DNA of 63,332 nucleotides, filler included, from Folioceros fuciformis (Eukaryota): NCBI GenBank assembly GCA_049999805.1. It is 5 parts of 5 records of this genome, joined end to end, with 100 filler letters (N's around TTAATTAATTAA, not from the genome) between each part and the next. Parts side by side here need not be neighbours in the genome. Positions count along the whole stretch, not along the records: positions 1 to 24,124 come from JBNGIO010005939.1; 4 more parts are not named here. One strand, 5' to 3'. Below the pieces are notes generated by a model. That model had not been told where the DNA came from, ran no database searches, and saw only the letters and a list, made by a program, of their open reading frames with translations. The first letter of the stretch is position 1; the number at the start of each line of letters is the position of its first letter. Below, piece by piece: positions 1 through 13,325 of the stretch. The position numbers and the translations under genes are program-made.

Positions 1-776
1 CGCATCCGCCTTCCCGCCCCGGGGCCTGCACGGATTTCCGGATGCCCGCCCCACCCAGCCAAGCAGGGACAGGGAAAGGGCCAGGCCCAGGGCTCTGTCG
101 CATTCCGCCTCTCTTGAATGTGCTGCTGCTGCTGCAGCAATTGCAGCATCCGGACGCACCGAAGCCGGGATCGCACCAGCTAGCGGCATCGGGGCAGGCA
201 GCCGCCATGCCCACGCGTGGATGCAGCAGCTAGCAGGGGAGGCAGGAGCGGGAGCCGGAGGAGCAAGGCACGGCAAGGCCCAAGCACAAGCAGCAGCAGC
301 AGAGGCGGCTCCGCCTCTGCTCCCTCGCCGCTCATGTCTCCTTGTGGACCCTGCGTTACGGGAATTGAGCGCGCCTGTACCACGCCTGCTTCATGCAAGA
401 CTACTCCGGGGCTCGGCTAGACTACAGCGCCCACCTCCACGGCCGCCAGGCACAGAAGCAGAGGCAGACAGCACAAGGCACCAGGCATTGCTGGGCTCAA
501 AGATAGCAATCGGATTTTCAAGACCTCGCCCTGCGAGGACGGCCTTCCACTTCGCCCGACGCCGGACGCCTCTCGCTGGACGCTGGACGCCGGCCGCCGG
601 CTTCAGAGGCTCTCACGGACTAGAGTGTCTCCCTTGTGCAAGAAGCTCTGTGAATTGCGCAGCCGCGCTCCGGGACTAAAAGAAGCGTAGGCCACTTCCA
701 CGACCTTTTGTTCACACTCTGCGGCCGCGCTGTCGGCTCCATTTTCTTTCTCATTCCAGCCTTTCCTTCCAGTTTC

Positions 777-802
777 TGCTGCTGCTGCTGCTGCTGCTGC
801 TG
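777..802 (+). repeat. (CTG)n microsatellite in GAMYB upstream region
   Basis: About 8 consecutive ctg units. Confidence 0.85.
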
Positions 803-1271
803 GCCCCATCAGATTCTGCACTCCACCAGTCTGCGAATGCCCGCACCTGGCTGTGACTCCCTCCCCTTCCTGCCTCTACCACTCCGACCACACTTGCTTC
901 TTGCGGGCTCCCCGGCTCTGCCTTCGACCTCATGCTGCTCCTTCTTTCACGCCCATTCCTAAAGACTGCTTCCCTCCCTGCGTCGCCACTACACGCCTAG
1001 TCTCGCTACCTTCAAAATTTGGCCACCAAATCTCTTACTTCTTTGCGTGCTACTTGGCCGCCCTCCCGACTCTCCCACCACTCTCTGCGCTTCTTTATCC
1101 ACCTTCTTCCTCCCGTCTTCTTTCCAGTCCTACGTTTCCACTTGTAGCAAGCGCACACCCACTTCCTCTGCCTCTTCTCATCTGCGCATTGAGTAACCCT
1201 GGCATGTAGATATTGCATCGGAGTAGCAGGATTTGGGGGCCTCCGGATCTGCACCACCACAGGCTCGGCCT

Positions 1272-1312
1272 CCGACCCCGACCCCGACCTCGACTCCGAC
1301 TCCGACTCCGAC
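1272..1312 (+). repeat. (CCGACY)n hexanucleotide microsatellite
   Basis: About 7 imperfect ccgacc/ccgact units. Confidence 0.8.
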
Positions 1313-1537
1313 GCTCATCCACATCTTGCTGCTACAATCAATTGGCCTCCACAGCAGCAGGTGCAACACCACCACCCTCAGCAGCGACCCACCAGCACCT
1401 GCCTGCTGGCTCACCATCCTCTTCTTCCATCGCCACCGGATTCCTCTGGACATCCCTTATCCGTAAGAATTGAGCGGTGCACGTGGGGCCAGGGAGCCCC
1501 AGCCAAGTTCCTGCTTGCCTTCCACCAATTTTCCTCC

Positions 1538-4083
1538 ATGGACACACTGGACTTGGCACCCGAGTTCCAGGATGAGGTTATGGGAACGCTGAAGAAGGGG
1601 CCCTGGACCTCGGCGGAGGATGCTATCCTCATTGCCTACGTCACCAAGCACGGAGAGGGCAACTGGAACTCGGTGCAGAAGCATTCAGGCCTCTTCCGCT
1701 GTGGCAAGAGTTGCAGGCTTCGTTGGGCCAACCATCTGCGACCCAATTTGAAAAAGGGGGCTTTCACCACGGAGGAGGAGCGCATGATCATCGAGCTCCA
1801 TGCCAAGCTCGGCAACAAGTGGGCACGGATGGCTGCTCAGGTACCCACCCACCTCTGTCCCTTGCTCTTCCATCATCCCTAGCCTACCACACTGCAATGT
1901 TTCCAGCTTCCTCCTCCCTATCGATCCACTTTTGTACCTCTATTTAATGCAACGACTAACACCAGCATCGTGTTTGTTTTCGTCTGCGTTCTCTATGTGT
2001 CCGCCGCCACACCAGCTCCCAGGACGCACAGACAACGAGATCAAGAATTATTGGAACACTCGAATCAAGCGTCTCATGCGAGCAGGCCTGCCAGTCTATC
2101 CTTCCGACATGCCGTCACCGTCGTCTAGAGTGCAAATCCAGGGAGGACCAGGAGGAGCAGGACCAGGACCGGGACCGGGACCAGGAGGGAACAACAGCGC
2201 TCACTACAACATTTTTGATGTTGCTTCTCATGCAGCTGGCTCGGATGGGTGCATGAGTATGAGCTCCGGGGCCGCTGCCGACTCCGACTGTGTACCTGCA
2301 GATCTTGTGCCCAGTCCCACTGGAAGCGGGAACGTTAACGGGCTGCCTCCTCATCCCTCAGCTCTGCCACAGGACTACCATGGATCTGTGCAGACCCACA
2401 GCCAGCTCAACCTGGCAGCAGCTCTCCACGCAGGCACCACATGCCACAGCCATGTCATGAGGAGCAGCTGTTCTTCCACGGGGATCACAGGGCCACCTGC
2501 GCCTGGAGATATGCACCATCCCAGCCTCAGCTCTGTCGTGACTCAGGCTGTCAACTCTCCAGCTCTCAGGGCGGCAATGCAGGCAGACAGCCCCATGCGC
2601 CGCATTAAGAGAGCTCGGGATGCAGCGGCTATGGCGGCAGTGGCAGCCAGCGTGGTGCCCAACGGAGCTGCGGGAGGGCCGGGCTCGGCTGGGGCGGCTT
2701 CCACCATACTCTCCTTCCCGCAGCTGTCAGACGAGAGCAGCAAGACTGTGCCGCCGTATCTGAAAGCTCGTCGAACGTGTGGTCGCAACTCCATGAGAAT
2801 GGCCTCCTTCGCCGGCTTCACCTATGACCCAGATCCTCACGACAGCACGGTGGCGGGCAGCCACCTCCAAGATGCCATGGCAAGCATGGCTGGTGCATCA
2901 GCCCAGCGATTTCATCTGTCTAGTGGAGGAGGCAGTAGCCATGGCCACCACCATTTCTCTACTTCTAGGCCCACCTCGGGCCTGCTGAAGATGGAGCTCC
3001 CCTCAAGCCAATCTGCAGAGTCTGCGGACAGCGCAGGCACGCCCCATGCCAGTTCCGCCCTGACCAGCCCCTTCACTGCTACGTCCTTCTCTCTGTCCAA
3101 CCATTTGCTGTCATCAGAGGCTGACAGCTTCGGTTCTAACAGCAACAGCTTCGCCTCCAACAACAACAACAACAGCAGCATCTTGGAGGCGTTGCTGCAG
3201 GAGGCGCAGTCTATGGACGGGCTCGGGCTCAGTGATCAGGCGCGCTTGGACCTTGCTGATCAACTACTAGTGCTGAGCTCGTCGAGCAACAACCCAGGTG
3301 TGGAAGTTGGAGCCAATGCCATGATGATGAGTCCACACAAGAGTCGATGGCAAGAAGACAGCGATCCCACAACTCCTCTGGGCGGCCGGGCCTTTTCAGT
3401 TTTCAGTGAGGAGACTTCCCCCAACTGTGGAGCCGGCAACTGGGAGGAGTCATCCACACTCCAGTCACCTCTAGTCGGTAGAGCACACTACTAGCAGCTC
3501 CACGATCATTCTCATTCCACTCTGCACTTGTTGCGGTGTTTTCTTGCTTTCAGTACTAGTTATTTATGCTTAACTTGACTGACACGTCTGGCGCATGCAC
3601 AAGTCCTAAAACAAAATCTGTATCGCTTGTTTCTCAGGAATCAAGACGGAAGACAATGGAGAGGCGGCGCCCTGTGCTGTGTACGTGACAGACGAAGAGA
3701 TGTCGACTCTGCTGGACTTCGCCAGGGAGGCAGCTCCTGTGACAGAGTGGTATACCCCGACGTCTGAAGGTCCATATTCCATGGGCAACAACCTGGTGGC
3801 CCAAGCCCAGGCTTGTGCTGCATCCCTCAATGATGCTTTCGGTGCAGCTTTCAGCCAGGATGTGGGCAACGCCGGGCTGGAACACATGGCTCCCGCCACA
3901 GTTGGAAACCATGTGTGGGAGCTGGGTTCCTGCCCTTGGAACAACTTATCGGGTGCTTGCCAGCTTGGGGACTTGATACAGGACTGCAGACCCGCCCACC
4001 ACTCTATGCTTGCTGCTGACCAGATGCATAATGACCCATGTGCTATATATAATCAAGCAAATCTAGATTATTGTCGCCAGTGA
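1538..4083 (+). CDS. GAMYB: GAMYB-like R2R3-MYB transcription factor; exons 1538-1840, 2016-3477, 3638-4083
   Basis: R2R3 repeats LKKGPWTSAED...GKSCRLRWANHLRP...GNKWARMAAQ|LPGRTDNEIKNYWNTRIKR. GAMYB boxes GLPVYP, KMELPSSQ and C-terminal SCPWNNL..ACQ. Two GT-AG introns keep the frame. Confidence 0.93.
2992..3012 (+). promoter_or_regulatory. miR159/miR319-like target site (degenerate) in GAMYB Box2
   Basis: TGGAGCTCCCCTCAAGCCAAT versus the miR159 complement TAGAGCTCCCTTCAATCCAAA, at the canonical position within the ELPS codons. Confidence 0.7.
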
Positions 4084-5443
4084 GGTATATTTAAGTTTGT
4101 TCTTAATCGTGAGGAACACTTTGGCCCTAAGCTTGTGTTTATTGCTGTCAGCAAAATAGCTTGCTCCCTTCTACACCCTTGGCTTCTCAAGTTCCTGCAT
4201 GTACAAAATTTGTGGTCTGCTGGCTTCTAACATAGAAGCACAAATTATAGGATTGCCGGCACGTCTTTTGCTTGCACGTCATTAACAATGTCATGAATCA
4301 GCAGTGAGCTTCAAGGGCCTTCCTGCGTCGTATTACAGTTTTGTGAAACATTTTAAGCTACTACTACCTAGCAAAGATGTATGTGAATATCTAGTGTTGA
4401 TTTGCACACTAAATATGAGACATTCTAGCAATCTATCTTCAGTTAACGTCGTAGGACTAGACTGACTGGATCATGCCCAAGATCGCTCTTCTCGAGGCCG
4501 CCGGTTGCAATCCACCCCAGGCCTGTAGATCTGTGCGTTCCGACTGCACATCTGGCTAGCAGAGTAGCTGCCACGCCTCGTGCAAGAGGCAGGTGGTCGG
4601 CGCTCGCTGGGGATGGAGAACTCCCTACTCAAAGAAGGCCCACATGTTACATGATGGTCGCCTAGGCAGAGGCTGCCAACTCTCAAGGATTTGTGTGGAG
4701 GCAGCCAGCCACAGCCAGCCAACACGTCATAATTGAAAGGATCCCAACAGTCCGTAGACCAGCCCCCGCTTCCCCCTCCCATCTCTTGCAGCACTATATG
4801 TACTGCGCGCTGGCTCGCTGGCTGTGCCAGTCTTTCTCTCTCTCTCTCTGCGAATCGTCTGTGTACAAGTATCTGTGTACCTTGCACGATACCGATTGTG
4901 CCCAGCTAGCAAATTGTCCAGGTCTGTTGTAGGGTAGTGATGAGCCAAAGAATGGTAGCAACACCTGCGGCAACACGATACAAATAGCACGGATCCGAGG
5001 GTTAATCCCAGGACGATTCCACACTAGGAAGTCTTGTTTCCTGCATGGTGGAGTCGCCTTCGTTCTTAGTTAACCTTTTCCAGCAGTCTTCTGCATGTGT
5101 GGTTTGCTACAATACACCGGGTCCATACGGTTCGGCATTCCAGTACTAACCGTAGATCCGGCAGTTGCGATTTGAGGTCATCTGTCTTGGAGCGGAAGAA
5201 ACTCAGCAAGACCTCAGTCTCGGACCGACGGTCCAACATTACCACGGACATGAGACAAAAACGGGTCCTCGGTCCTTCGGTCTAAGCTAGGAACCTGCAT
5301 GGCAAAAGCCCCGGCGTAGGGCTCCCATTTCTTCCTTTCTTTAACAGATGGGGGGGAGGAACATCGCAGAAGAAGACATTCTCACTTTCCTCTGTACTGT
5401 AGTTTTACATTGTGTACGGCGAGCCAGCCTGTCTTCAGACTCA

Positions 5444-7449
5444 TCAGACAGGCACAGCTTCCCCTACAGACCCACTAAATGTGCCTAGGAATTCTTTGAT
5501 GATGGCAAGAGTTTCTTCGATCTTTTCTTCGTGGGGCAAATGACCGCAATTCTTGATGAGCTTGAACTGTGCTTTTGGGAAGACCTTGGCCAACCGCTCA
5601 GCGTTCCATGGAGGAACTATTCGGTCCGAGTCTCCAGTCACGACCAAAACTTCAGACACAACAAGGACAACGAAATAGTATGAGGTTCCTGCAACAAACA
5701 CAAACCCTACACACTTCCTCGACAGACCACTCCATCGAACGCTCGTGTACAGCAGCAAGCAACACTAAACTGGTAGACCATCCCATTTCACAAGTACCTG
5801 GACAGGTAATTTCGTTCAGCCTCTGACTCAAAGGCCGCTCCCCGTCAGAGCCAGCTGCAAGTGATATCACAAATTCCAGCAGGGCCTTATCCCAGTCTCT
5901 GCATCCCAGCGGCTACAAAACAGCGAGACCTGTTAAAGAGGTGACTCATTTGAGCGCGTTCCGCTTCTTCAAGGATAACGAAGTCACGCCTTACCTTTGT
6001 GTAACCATCCATCACATAGTCATCTGCCTTGAGTGGGTCAAACCAAGCATACCGCACAATCCACCGCCCACCCTTGTCCATTACAAATCGCAGCTGCAAC
6101 ACGTGGGTCCCAGTGTTATAACTCTCCTCTGAACACCAAACACAAACAGGTGAAGGACAAACCTCCCCCTTTTAAGATGAGGCCAATCGGACACTTACCA
6201 GCGATACGGCAAGGCTTGTTCGCAGAAGCCACGCCAGGGATTTCTTCAGGAGAAGCAGGAGGCCCCCGAAAAGACAATTGAAGAACCCTACAAGAGCAAG
6301 AGCAACTCCCACCAATGCACTCCAGACAGTAGAGAGACCTGTCAGGACACTGTTTTGCTTCTTTGGCAGTGATTCTTGCTGTACCGAATCATTTCGACTC
6401 TCGACTGCTCGAACAAATTGATTGACAACCAGCGGGGCTATCAAAGCTGGTGCCAGCATAACAATAGCCGCCACTCGCTCTGGCGCTTCCAAGTAGGCAT
6501 TAGCTGCCACAATACAGCCTGCTGAATGCCTGCCGCCTTCCACACAGCCCAGATTGATGTGCAGCTGTCAGCAGCAGAATACAAGGCAGAGTATGGAAAC
6601 AATTCACTACGATAAAGAACGGGCCAAAGTCTTCTCAACCAAGCACTCAGGACCCGTTACAAAAAGGGAGGCCTACCCAATCAGAATAGCTTGCTGGGAC
6701 TGCAGTAGATCGATGAAAGAAAGAGCAGCCGCTGAAGAAAACCCGAGGCTGTAAGGGTTCAGAAGGGAATTGTCCCCTTTCGCTGCAGCTTTCTCCCGAG
6801 CTCCAGCAGTACCTCTACTAAAGGGATGCGCTGCACGCGACGTCAGACCAAAAGCTGGCCTATCAAACGCAACCACTCTACTGTGCAGAAGCTTGGCTAG
6901 CGGCCTCATAATCCTCTCGTAGGAAAATAGGCTGGCACCGAATCCATGTAGCAAAATGGCCGGCAGCGAATTGTTTCTGTCCACTGCACCATCCTCGACA
7001 GTGATGCTCACCTCTGCCAAATCTGCTGTGACACGCTGCGGCCCAAAGGAAGCAGAAGGAGTCACTTCCGGATCATTAGGATGAGACACCTTGTAGTGAA
7101 GTTGGACGCCGCAGAAGTCGGCAAATTGACTGTCAGGGTCCGCGAGCTGCCAAGGGTCCATGAGTTGAGATTGATCTATGCCCGCCACAGACTTCTTCAG
7201 CTTCTTGGAAATTGATCGTTCCCACCCTTCAGACACTGAATCTACACCCTCCACCCACGCATCAGATGATCCATCACTCCAAGAAGCAGCGCCATTGCTT
7301 GAAGAGCATACCACTACAGAACTCAAATCCGAACTTCTCCCGCTCTGTTTCGGATGGGGAAAGAAAAGGCGGGAGGTCTGGAACAACGGCGTCTCATCAG
7401 ATAAACCCACAGATTCAGATCTCTCCTTTGACCAGCTCCCGGAAGCCAT
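5444..7449 (-). CDS. Alpha/beta-hydrolase fold protein; exons 7449-6677, 6529-6199, 6093-5995, 5912-5798, 5649-5444 (true start may lie in an unresolved exon at ~7500-7800)
   Basis: ILLHGFGAS oxyanion motif, VVAFDRPAFGLT, nucleophile G|HSAG across a splice junction, acid VTGDSDRIVP and catalytic CGHLPHEE. All four introns are GT-AG and frame-preserving. Confidence 0.88.
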
Positions 7450-8136
7450 GGACTGTTACAGTTGGCTCAAGATTCACTAATCTAAGACCCCCAGTGCAAA
7501 TCCCTCACCTCAAGTCGGCTGCGACATCAGTGACACCAGCTGACCATAAGGTCAAAAAGTCCAACAACAGAACCCAACAAACTCCGATCCAGGCAAGATG
7601 ACGGACGCGGAATGCGCACACAGGAGAGCAGAAGCAGCTGGGGTGAGGAAACGTACACCGCAATGTGAGAGTGCTACACGGCACGACAATGCTGATGACG
7701 ACGGAGAAGACCACGCAGCTAGCTGCAGCGCCACGGCTGCGAACCCACCAACTGTGAAGCACGCCATGCCGCCACCTGAGGTCAGAATGAGGTCATACAC
7801 TTACACAACGTTACCAAGAAGGTCCCTAACTCCGATAGCAGCAACACAGGAAAAACTACAGGTCTTCTCGGTAGGACGCAAAAGCCGGGATTTATCTGAC
7901 CCATGTATGTGCATATCTTAGCGACTTCGTCATCACGCAACATAAAATAAAATACTGGGATTTTAAATCATGTCTTCCTCATACGCCCCTTGGGAGGGTT
8001 GTTCCCTCCCAATCTCATCATATCATATATACCATCTCCAGCAAGATACCTTTTAAAGGTACCTTTGTACCTTTGTAGAGCACAGAATTAGAGTACTGCA
8101 TGAGAGTAGTGTGTGAGAAAATAATAGAAGCTATTT

Positions 8137-8370
8137 TATTTTTTATTATTGAAAGAAAAAGATAGAAAGTCGCATTTACTCCAAAGATTTGGAGGAACAA
8201 CCTTCTAAATCTTTGGTGGAACAACCCAAGCAAGGCCAAAAGGGATACCAGCCCTTGAACATCATTCTCAAAAACTACCTATTGTTCCCAAAATGTCATG
8301 ACATCGAATAACAAAAGGCTTACCTATCAATGTTGAAGAAGCTACTTGACCTGCGCTTGTTGTTCTTAAA
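8137..8370 (-). repeat. Partial copy of dispersed non-coding repeat family A
   Basis: Same orientation as, and similar to, 10968-11200 (ttgaaa..gatagaaagtc..tactccaaagatt..gaggaacaacc..ggccaaa..aaaactacct..aataacaaaaggc). Confidence 0.75.
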
Positions 8371-8440
8371 ACAGTAACAAACACAAATAACAATAAAGTT
8401 TTGGTGTTAGAGAGTGGTGCCCGAGAAACTACATGTAAAG

Positions 8441-8612
8441 TTGTAGCCTAAAGTAAGTAAAAGCATCTCTTTGTCAGGTAGGAAGACGCTTGACCTGTGC
8501 TTGTTGTAGCCTAAAGTAAGTAAAAGCATCTCTTTGTCATGGTAAGAAGGTGCTTGACCTATGCTTGTTGTAGCCTAAAGTAAGTAAAAACATCTCTTTG
8601 TCATGGTAGGAA
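8441..8612. repeat. Tandem repeat, ~63 bp x ~2.7
   Basis: ttgtagcctaaagtaagtaaaagcatctctttgtca recurs at 8441, 8504 and 8568. Confidence 0.85.
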
Positions 8613-8934
8613 CATGCAAATGGAAACCCAAATATTAGCAGCCTTTGATCATTATCAAATGAGCATGTTATCATAGATGAGAGTATGATATGAGGCACCC
8701 ATAGTGATGCATCAAATGGTGACAAGGCATGGTAACTTGATTAGAGAATGTCTTGAAGGAGAACGATCGAATTATGTGGCCACTCTATAACTATTTGGTT
8801 GACCAAGCAAGGTTGCAAATATGCCAGTCTCTTGAAGTATTTACCCCAATTGAATCATCCACTCATTCTAAGCAGCCAACACTTGCACCATTAAGAGGGC
8901 CTCTCCACTCTCGTTAGCCATCTCACTAGTCACC

Positions 8935-9114
8935 TCTACTCCCTTAACACCTCATTTGGAGATTTAGGTTCTTATACCACTATAACATCTCTACACCTCT
9001 ACGGTGACAAACTTTACTCCCTATGTTTCTACTCCTTTAATACCTCATTTGGAGATTTAGGCTCTTATACCACTATAACATCTCTACACCTCTACAGTGA
9101 CAAACTTTACTCCC
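8935..9114. repeat. Tandem duplication, ~93 bp x2
   Basis: tctactcc..cctcatttggagatttagg..ccactataacatctctacacctctac..gtgacaaactttactccc occurs twice. Confidence 0.85.
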
Positions 9115-9254
9115 GAAAGACATATTTGTATAGTTAAGCTTCAACACATCAAATAAGTAGTTTCCTACTAACTTTATCTTATACTATACTCTAATTATGA
9201 CTATTAAATAGATAATTTCATGCCAAGCCTAACTTGTACTATACTCTAGCTATG

Positions 9255-9680
9255 AACCATGTACATAGAACTAAATACCCACTAGTGTACAATAGAACGA
9301 ATGAACCATGATGTAAAACTAAAGACCCACTATTGCAAAATAGAATGAATGAGCTATGTACGTAAACTAAAGACCTACTAATGCACAATAGAAGNNNNNN
9401 NNNNNNNNNNNNNNNNNNNNNNNNNNNNNNNNNNNNNNNNNNNNNNNNNNNNNNNNNNNNNNNNNNNNNNNNNNNNNNNNNNNNNNNNNNNNNNCTAATG
9501 CACAATAGAAGGAACTACGCATACAAAACCAAAGTCCTATTAATGCACAATAGAGAGAACCATGCATGCAAAACCAAAGTCCTATTAAAGCACAATAGAG
9601 GAAACTAAAGGCCTACTAATGCACAATAGAAGGAACCATGCATGCAAAACCAAAGGCCTACTAATGCACAATAGAATCAA
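9255..9680. repeat. Minisatellite of ~45 bp, spanning an N gap
   Basis: Recurrent ctaatgcacaatagaaggaaccatgcatgcaaaaccaaaggccta-like units. Confidence 0.8.
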
Positions 9681-9845
9681 CATACACAACTAAATCTTAG
9701 GTCATCCGTGTAGAATCATAACACCTATAGTAAAGTATATTTGCTTATTACAATGACTATTTGTAATGACATTGGAATGTTTTACACCAAAAGTGACCCG
9801 TCATTATTTTTGAAGCAACAATTTATTACCCATTTTTGTGAGCAC

Positions 9846-10550
9846 GTCATCATCAACCCCCAGGTTGGGTAGTGCAAGTGCCAAAGTCCATAAGTATTCT
9901 CCCTTGTAAGACGGGCATACTTTCATCCCCTTGCTCTTGAGACTCATGGAGCTATGGGCAAGGACTTTTCAAGGTTTATCAAGGAGTGCGCCAAGGTTTA
10001 TCAGAGCAATAGGAATGGTGTTCTCTCTCTTTCCTGTGTGGTGGCCTTCTTTCGACAACGTGTATCCATTGCTTTGCGACCAACATCTTTCGACAACGTG
10101 TATCCATTGCTTTGCGACTAGCATCTTTTGACAACATGTATTCATTGCTTTGCGACCAGCATCTTTCGACAACGTGTATCCATTGTTTTGCGACCAGCAT
10201 CTGTCGACAACGTGTATTCATTGCTTTGCGACCAGCATCTTTCGACAATGTGTATCCATTGCTTTGCGACTAGCATCTTTCGACAACGTGTATCCATTGC
10301 TTTGCGAGCAGCATTGGTCAATGCAATTTTTAGAATAGCAACAAATGCAAGTCAAGCGGCTTCTTCGGCACCGGTGGTAGGCAGACCTTTTGTTATTCCA
10401 CATCATGACATTTTGGGAGTAGTAAGTAGTTTTTGAAAATGATATTCACAGGGGAGAGTACCTCTTTTTGCCTTTGGCTCAAATGGGATTATTCCTCCAA
10501 TCTTTGGAGTAGATGGGACTTTCCATCTCTTTTTCAATCATAGAAAATAC
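9846..10550 (+). repeat. Repeat family A copy containing a 38-bp tandem array (10051-10312, ~7 units)
   Basis: Unit ttcgacaacgtgtatccattgctttgcgaccagcatct at 10051, 10089, 10127, 10165, 10203, 10241 and 10279. Flanks match 43240-43985. Confidence 0.88.
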
Positions 10551-10967
10551 CCACATTTTACAAGTGTAGCCAAGGTTATTATCATTCTAGAAGGTGAGGT
10601 GTAGTTGAGGTTTTCAAACTACACTTTAGGGTAGCGTAAGCAACTTTAATGGAAGGCAGACCCTTTCTCCTTCCAAACCATGATGTTTTAGGTGCTATCA
10701 ATAGTCATTAGGCTTCACGGTTAGCCCCTCGTGATTATTTATCTCTAGAAGGGTAGGCTACTCTTGAAGGGTAAGGATGAAATTAAAACTCATGAATGCA
10801 AACATGCTNNNNNNNNNNGATGAAATTAAAACTCATGAATGCAAACATGCTCCTCTAAAAACAATTTAGGAGTAAAGGGAATCACAAAGTCTTTAAAGAG
10901 GACATTCTTTTACTATAGAAGCACTATAGAAAAAGGACCGGATGTTTATCTTATTATTAAATAAGTT

Positions 10968-11352
10968 GGTATTTTCTATGATTGAAAAAGAGATGGAAAG
11001 TCCCATGTACTCCAAAGATTCCATGGAGGAACAACCCCATTAGGGCCAAAGGCAAAAAGAGATACTCGCCCCTACGAATATCATTTTCAAAAACTATCTA
11101 CTGCTTCCAAAATGTCAATGATGTGGAATAACAAAAGGCCTACCTACCACCGGTGCCGAAGAAGCGGCTTAACCTGCGCTTGTAGCTGTTCTAAAAACTG
11201 CATTGGCCAATGCTCGTTGCAAAGCAATGGATACACGTTGTCGAAAGAAGGCCAGCACAGAGGAAAGAGGGAGAACACCATTCCTATTGCTCTAATAAAC
11301 CTTGGCGCACTCCTTGATAAACCTTGAAAAGTCCTTGCCCATAGCTCCATGA
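10968..11352 (-). repeat. Repeat family A copy, inverted relative to 9945-10550
   Basis: Reverse complement of 9945-10550 with only one 38-bp unit. Confidence 0.88.
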
Positions 11353-11460
11353 AGGACAAGACATTATTAAATAAGGACATACTCAAATATAATCAAGAGT
11401 ATGAAGGTTTATTTGACTTATACTCATAGACACGTATTTAACTTCACATTTGTGTATTTG

Positions 11461-11794
11461 ACTTGAACTATTTCAACTTTTGCACTCGCTCTAGCATGTA
11501 GTGTGTTCTCTTCTTACTTGAACTATTTCAACTTTTGCATTTGCTCTAGCATGTGGTGTGTTCTCTTCTTACTTGAACTACTTCAACTTTTGCACTTGCT
11601 CTAGCATGTGGTGTGTTCTCTTCTTACTTGAACTATTTCAACTTTTGCATTTGCTCTAGCATGTGGTGTGTTCTCTTCTTACGTGAACTATTTCAACTTT
11701 TGCACTCGCTTTAGCATGTGGTGTGTTCTCTTCTTACTTGAACTATTTCGACTTTTGCATTTGCTCTAGCATGTGGTGTGTTCTCTTCTTACTT
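11461..11794. repeat. Tandem repeat, 55 bp x6
   Basis: acttgaactatttcaacttttgcatttgctctagcatgtggtgtgttctcttctt at 11461, 11516, 11571, 11626, 11681 and 11736. Confidence 0.92.
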
Positions 11795-13325
11795 CTAAGT
11801 GTGGCTTTGCCCTCAATGACTCTAAGGTGTACCTTGCTACATGTCTTCATAAGGGCGATAACACTAGAACCCACAACATTATTTATAATATCATGTTGGC
11901 CATTGCTTGTGGATGTGGTTACATAGCATGTAATTGTCAATCCATTTAAGTTGATCTATGGTTAAAAACTCAGCTTGTGAGTTCATTTTTGCTTTAGTGA
12001 TTGCCAATTTGCCTTGGTTGGATGGTCGTTGAGGCTATGGCTCTGAAGACAAAGAAAGTGCAAGGGATTGCAAGGTGGGTCCCTGTGGACTCCACATGCT
12101 AAATAGGTCCTTGGAAAATGGTAGGATTTCTCTTTTTGGGAATCTCTAAGTGAACCCTGTGGTGAAATGGTTAAAAGATTAGGTTAGATTAGTAGCTAGA
12201 TTAATGGTGAGGCGAGGCGCGTCTTTGAAGGGTTGCTGGAATGATCTGAGAGAAGGGATGGAATGATTTGAGAGAGGAGGGAGAGTGTTGAGAGGCACTG
12301 ACCATTTTGGTAGTCTTGAGAGGTTGGTCAATTTTGGTAAGGGCACCCAATGGTGTCCATGGGACACAACCCCTATTAGGTCAGAACTAGGTTTGGGTCA
12401 AAGTTAGGGTTAAGTCAGAGTTAGGTTTAGGTCAGAATTAGGGCCGGCTTAGGTCAGAGAGAGATTGCTGGGTGGTTGACTGAGGCTAACCCTAATAGAT
12501 AGAGATGGAGGTTTGGGCCAAGGTAGTATAAAAGGCTAGACTTGCCATTGAGGAGGGGGTTGTCTACGGTGCGATTTCCTTGGACCTTAGGTGCAGAACT
12601 CCTGGCTTAGGGCGCTGAGCTGGTTGAGACTAAACCAAGGTCTTGATTTCCCTTGCCACTAGGGGAACGTGGAGGATCCCAAGACTGCCAAGATTCGTGT
12701 GGCCGGATCCACAATGGCTGACCACCTTGGTTGCAGGGCCGTGAGCCAAGGAGGCTACCCAGCCCTAGGCCTCGCCTCTGCCTTGAAGGGAAGGCTGCAA
12801 GAGGGAAGGCTGTTGTGTTCCAAATTGCAGGAGAGAAGGGTTGAGTTGCAGATTTTGGAAGTGGAAGTGTTGAAGGGAGGAGTTGAGCTAAAGTGAGGGG
12901 CTGGAGGGTGAAGTGAAGTGCTGAAGTGAAGGACTGGAGTGCTGAAGTGAAGGACTGAAATGCTGGGGTGAAGTGCTGAAGTGGTGGAATGAAGTGTTGA
13001 AGCTAGAGTGAGGAGCTAGCTGAAGGTGAGGTTCTCGTTCAGCTGCGGAGGTAGCTAGCACTAGGTGCTGAGAGTTGGAGGCCAGACTTGGGGCTGGAGC
13101 CTCCTCTCAGCACTGAAGTGATTGATACTTGGAGTTGGAAACGAGGGCTGAAGACAATGCTGGAGTTCTCATTTTGTTGAGGCTGAGGTTGATGTTGTGG
13201 TAGGAGCCGAAGACAAGACCGAGAATTCTGACCTATTGCTGTAGCACTTGGTATATGCTGATAGGTAGGGTGAGATTAGGGAGATGTAGGTAACCTTGAC
13301 ATTAGTTCACTCCCTTGGGAGCGAA

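Noticed and set aside
42-1530. Many short overlapping ORFs upstream of GAMYB
   Set aside because: GC-rich, low-complexity and microsatellite-driven, with no recognisable domain. Probably promoter or 5' UTR, although uORFs cannot be excluded.
10051-10312. 38-bp repeats resembling a CRISPR array (also the 55-bp and 70-bp arrays)
   Set aside because: Units are head-to-tail with no unique spacers, there are no cas genes, and the context is eukaryotic.
10777-10851. Direct repeat flanking a 10-N gap
   Set aside because: Same gap-overlap artefact.
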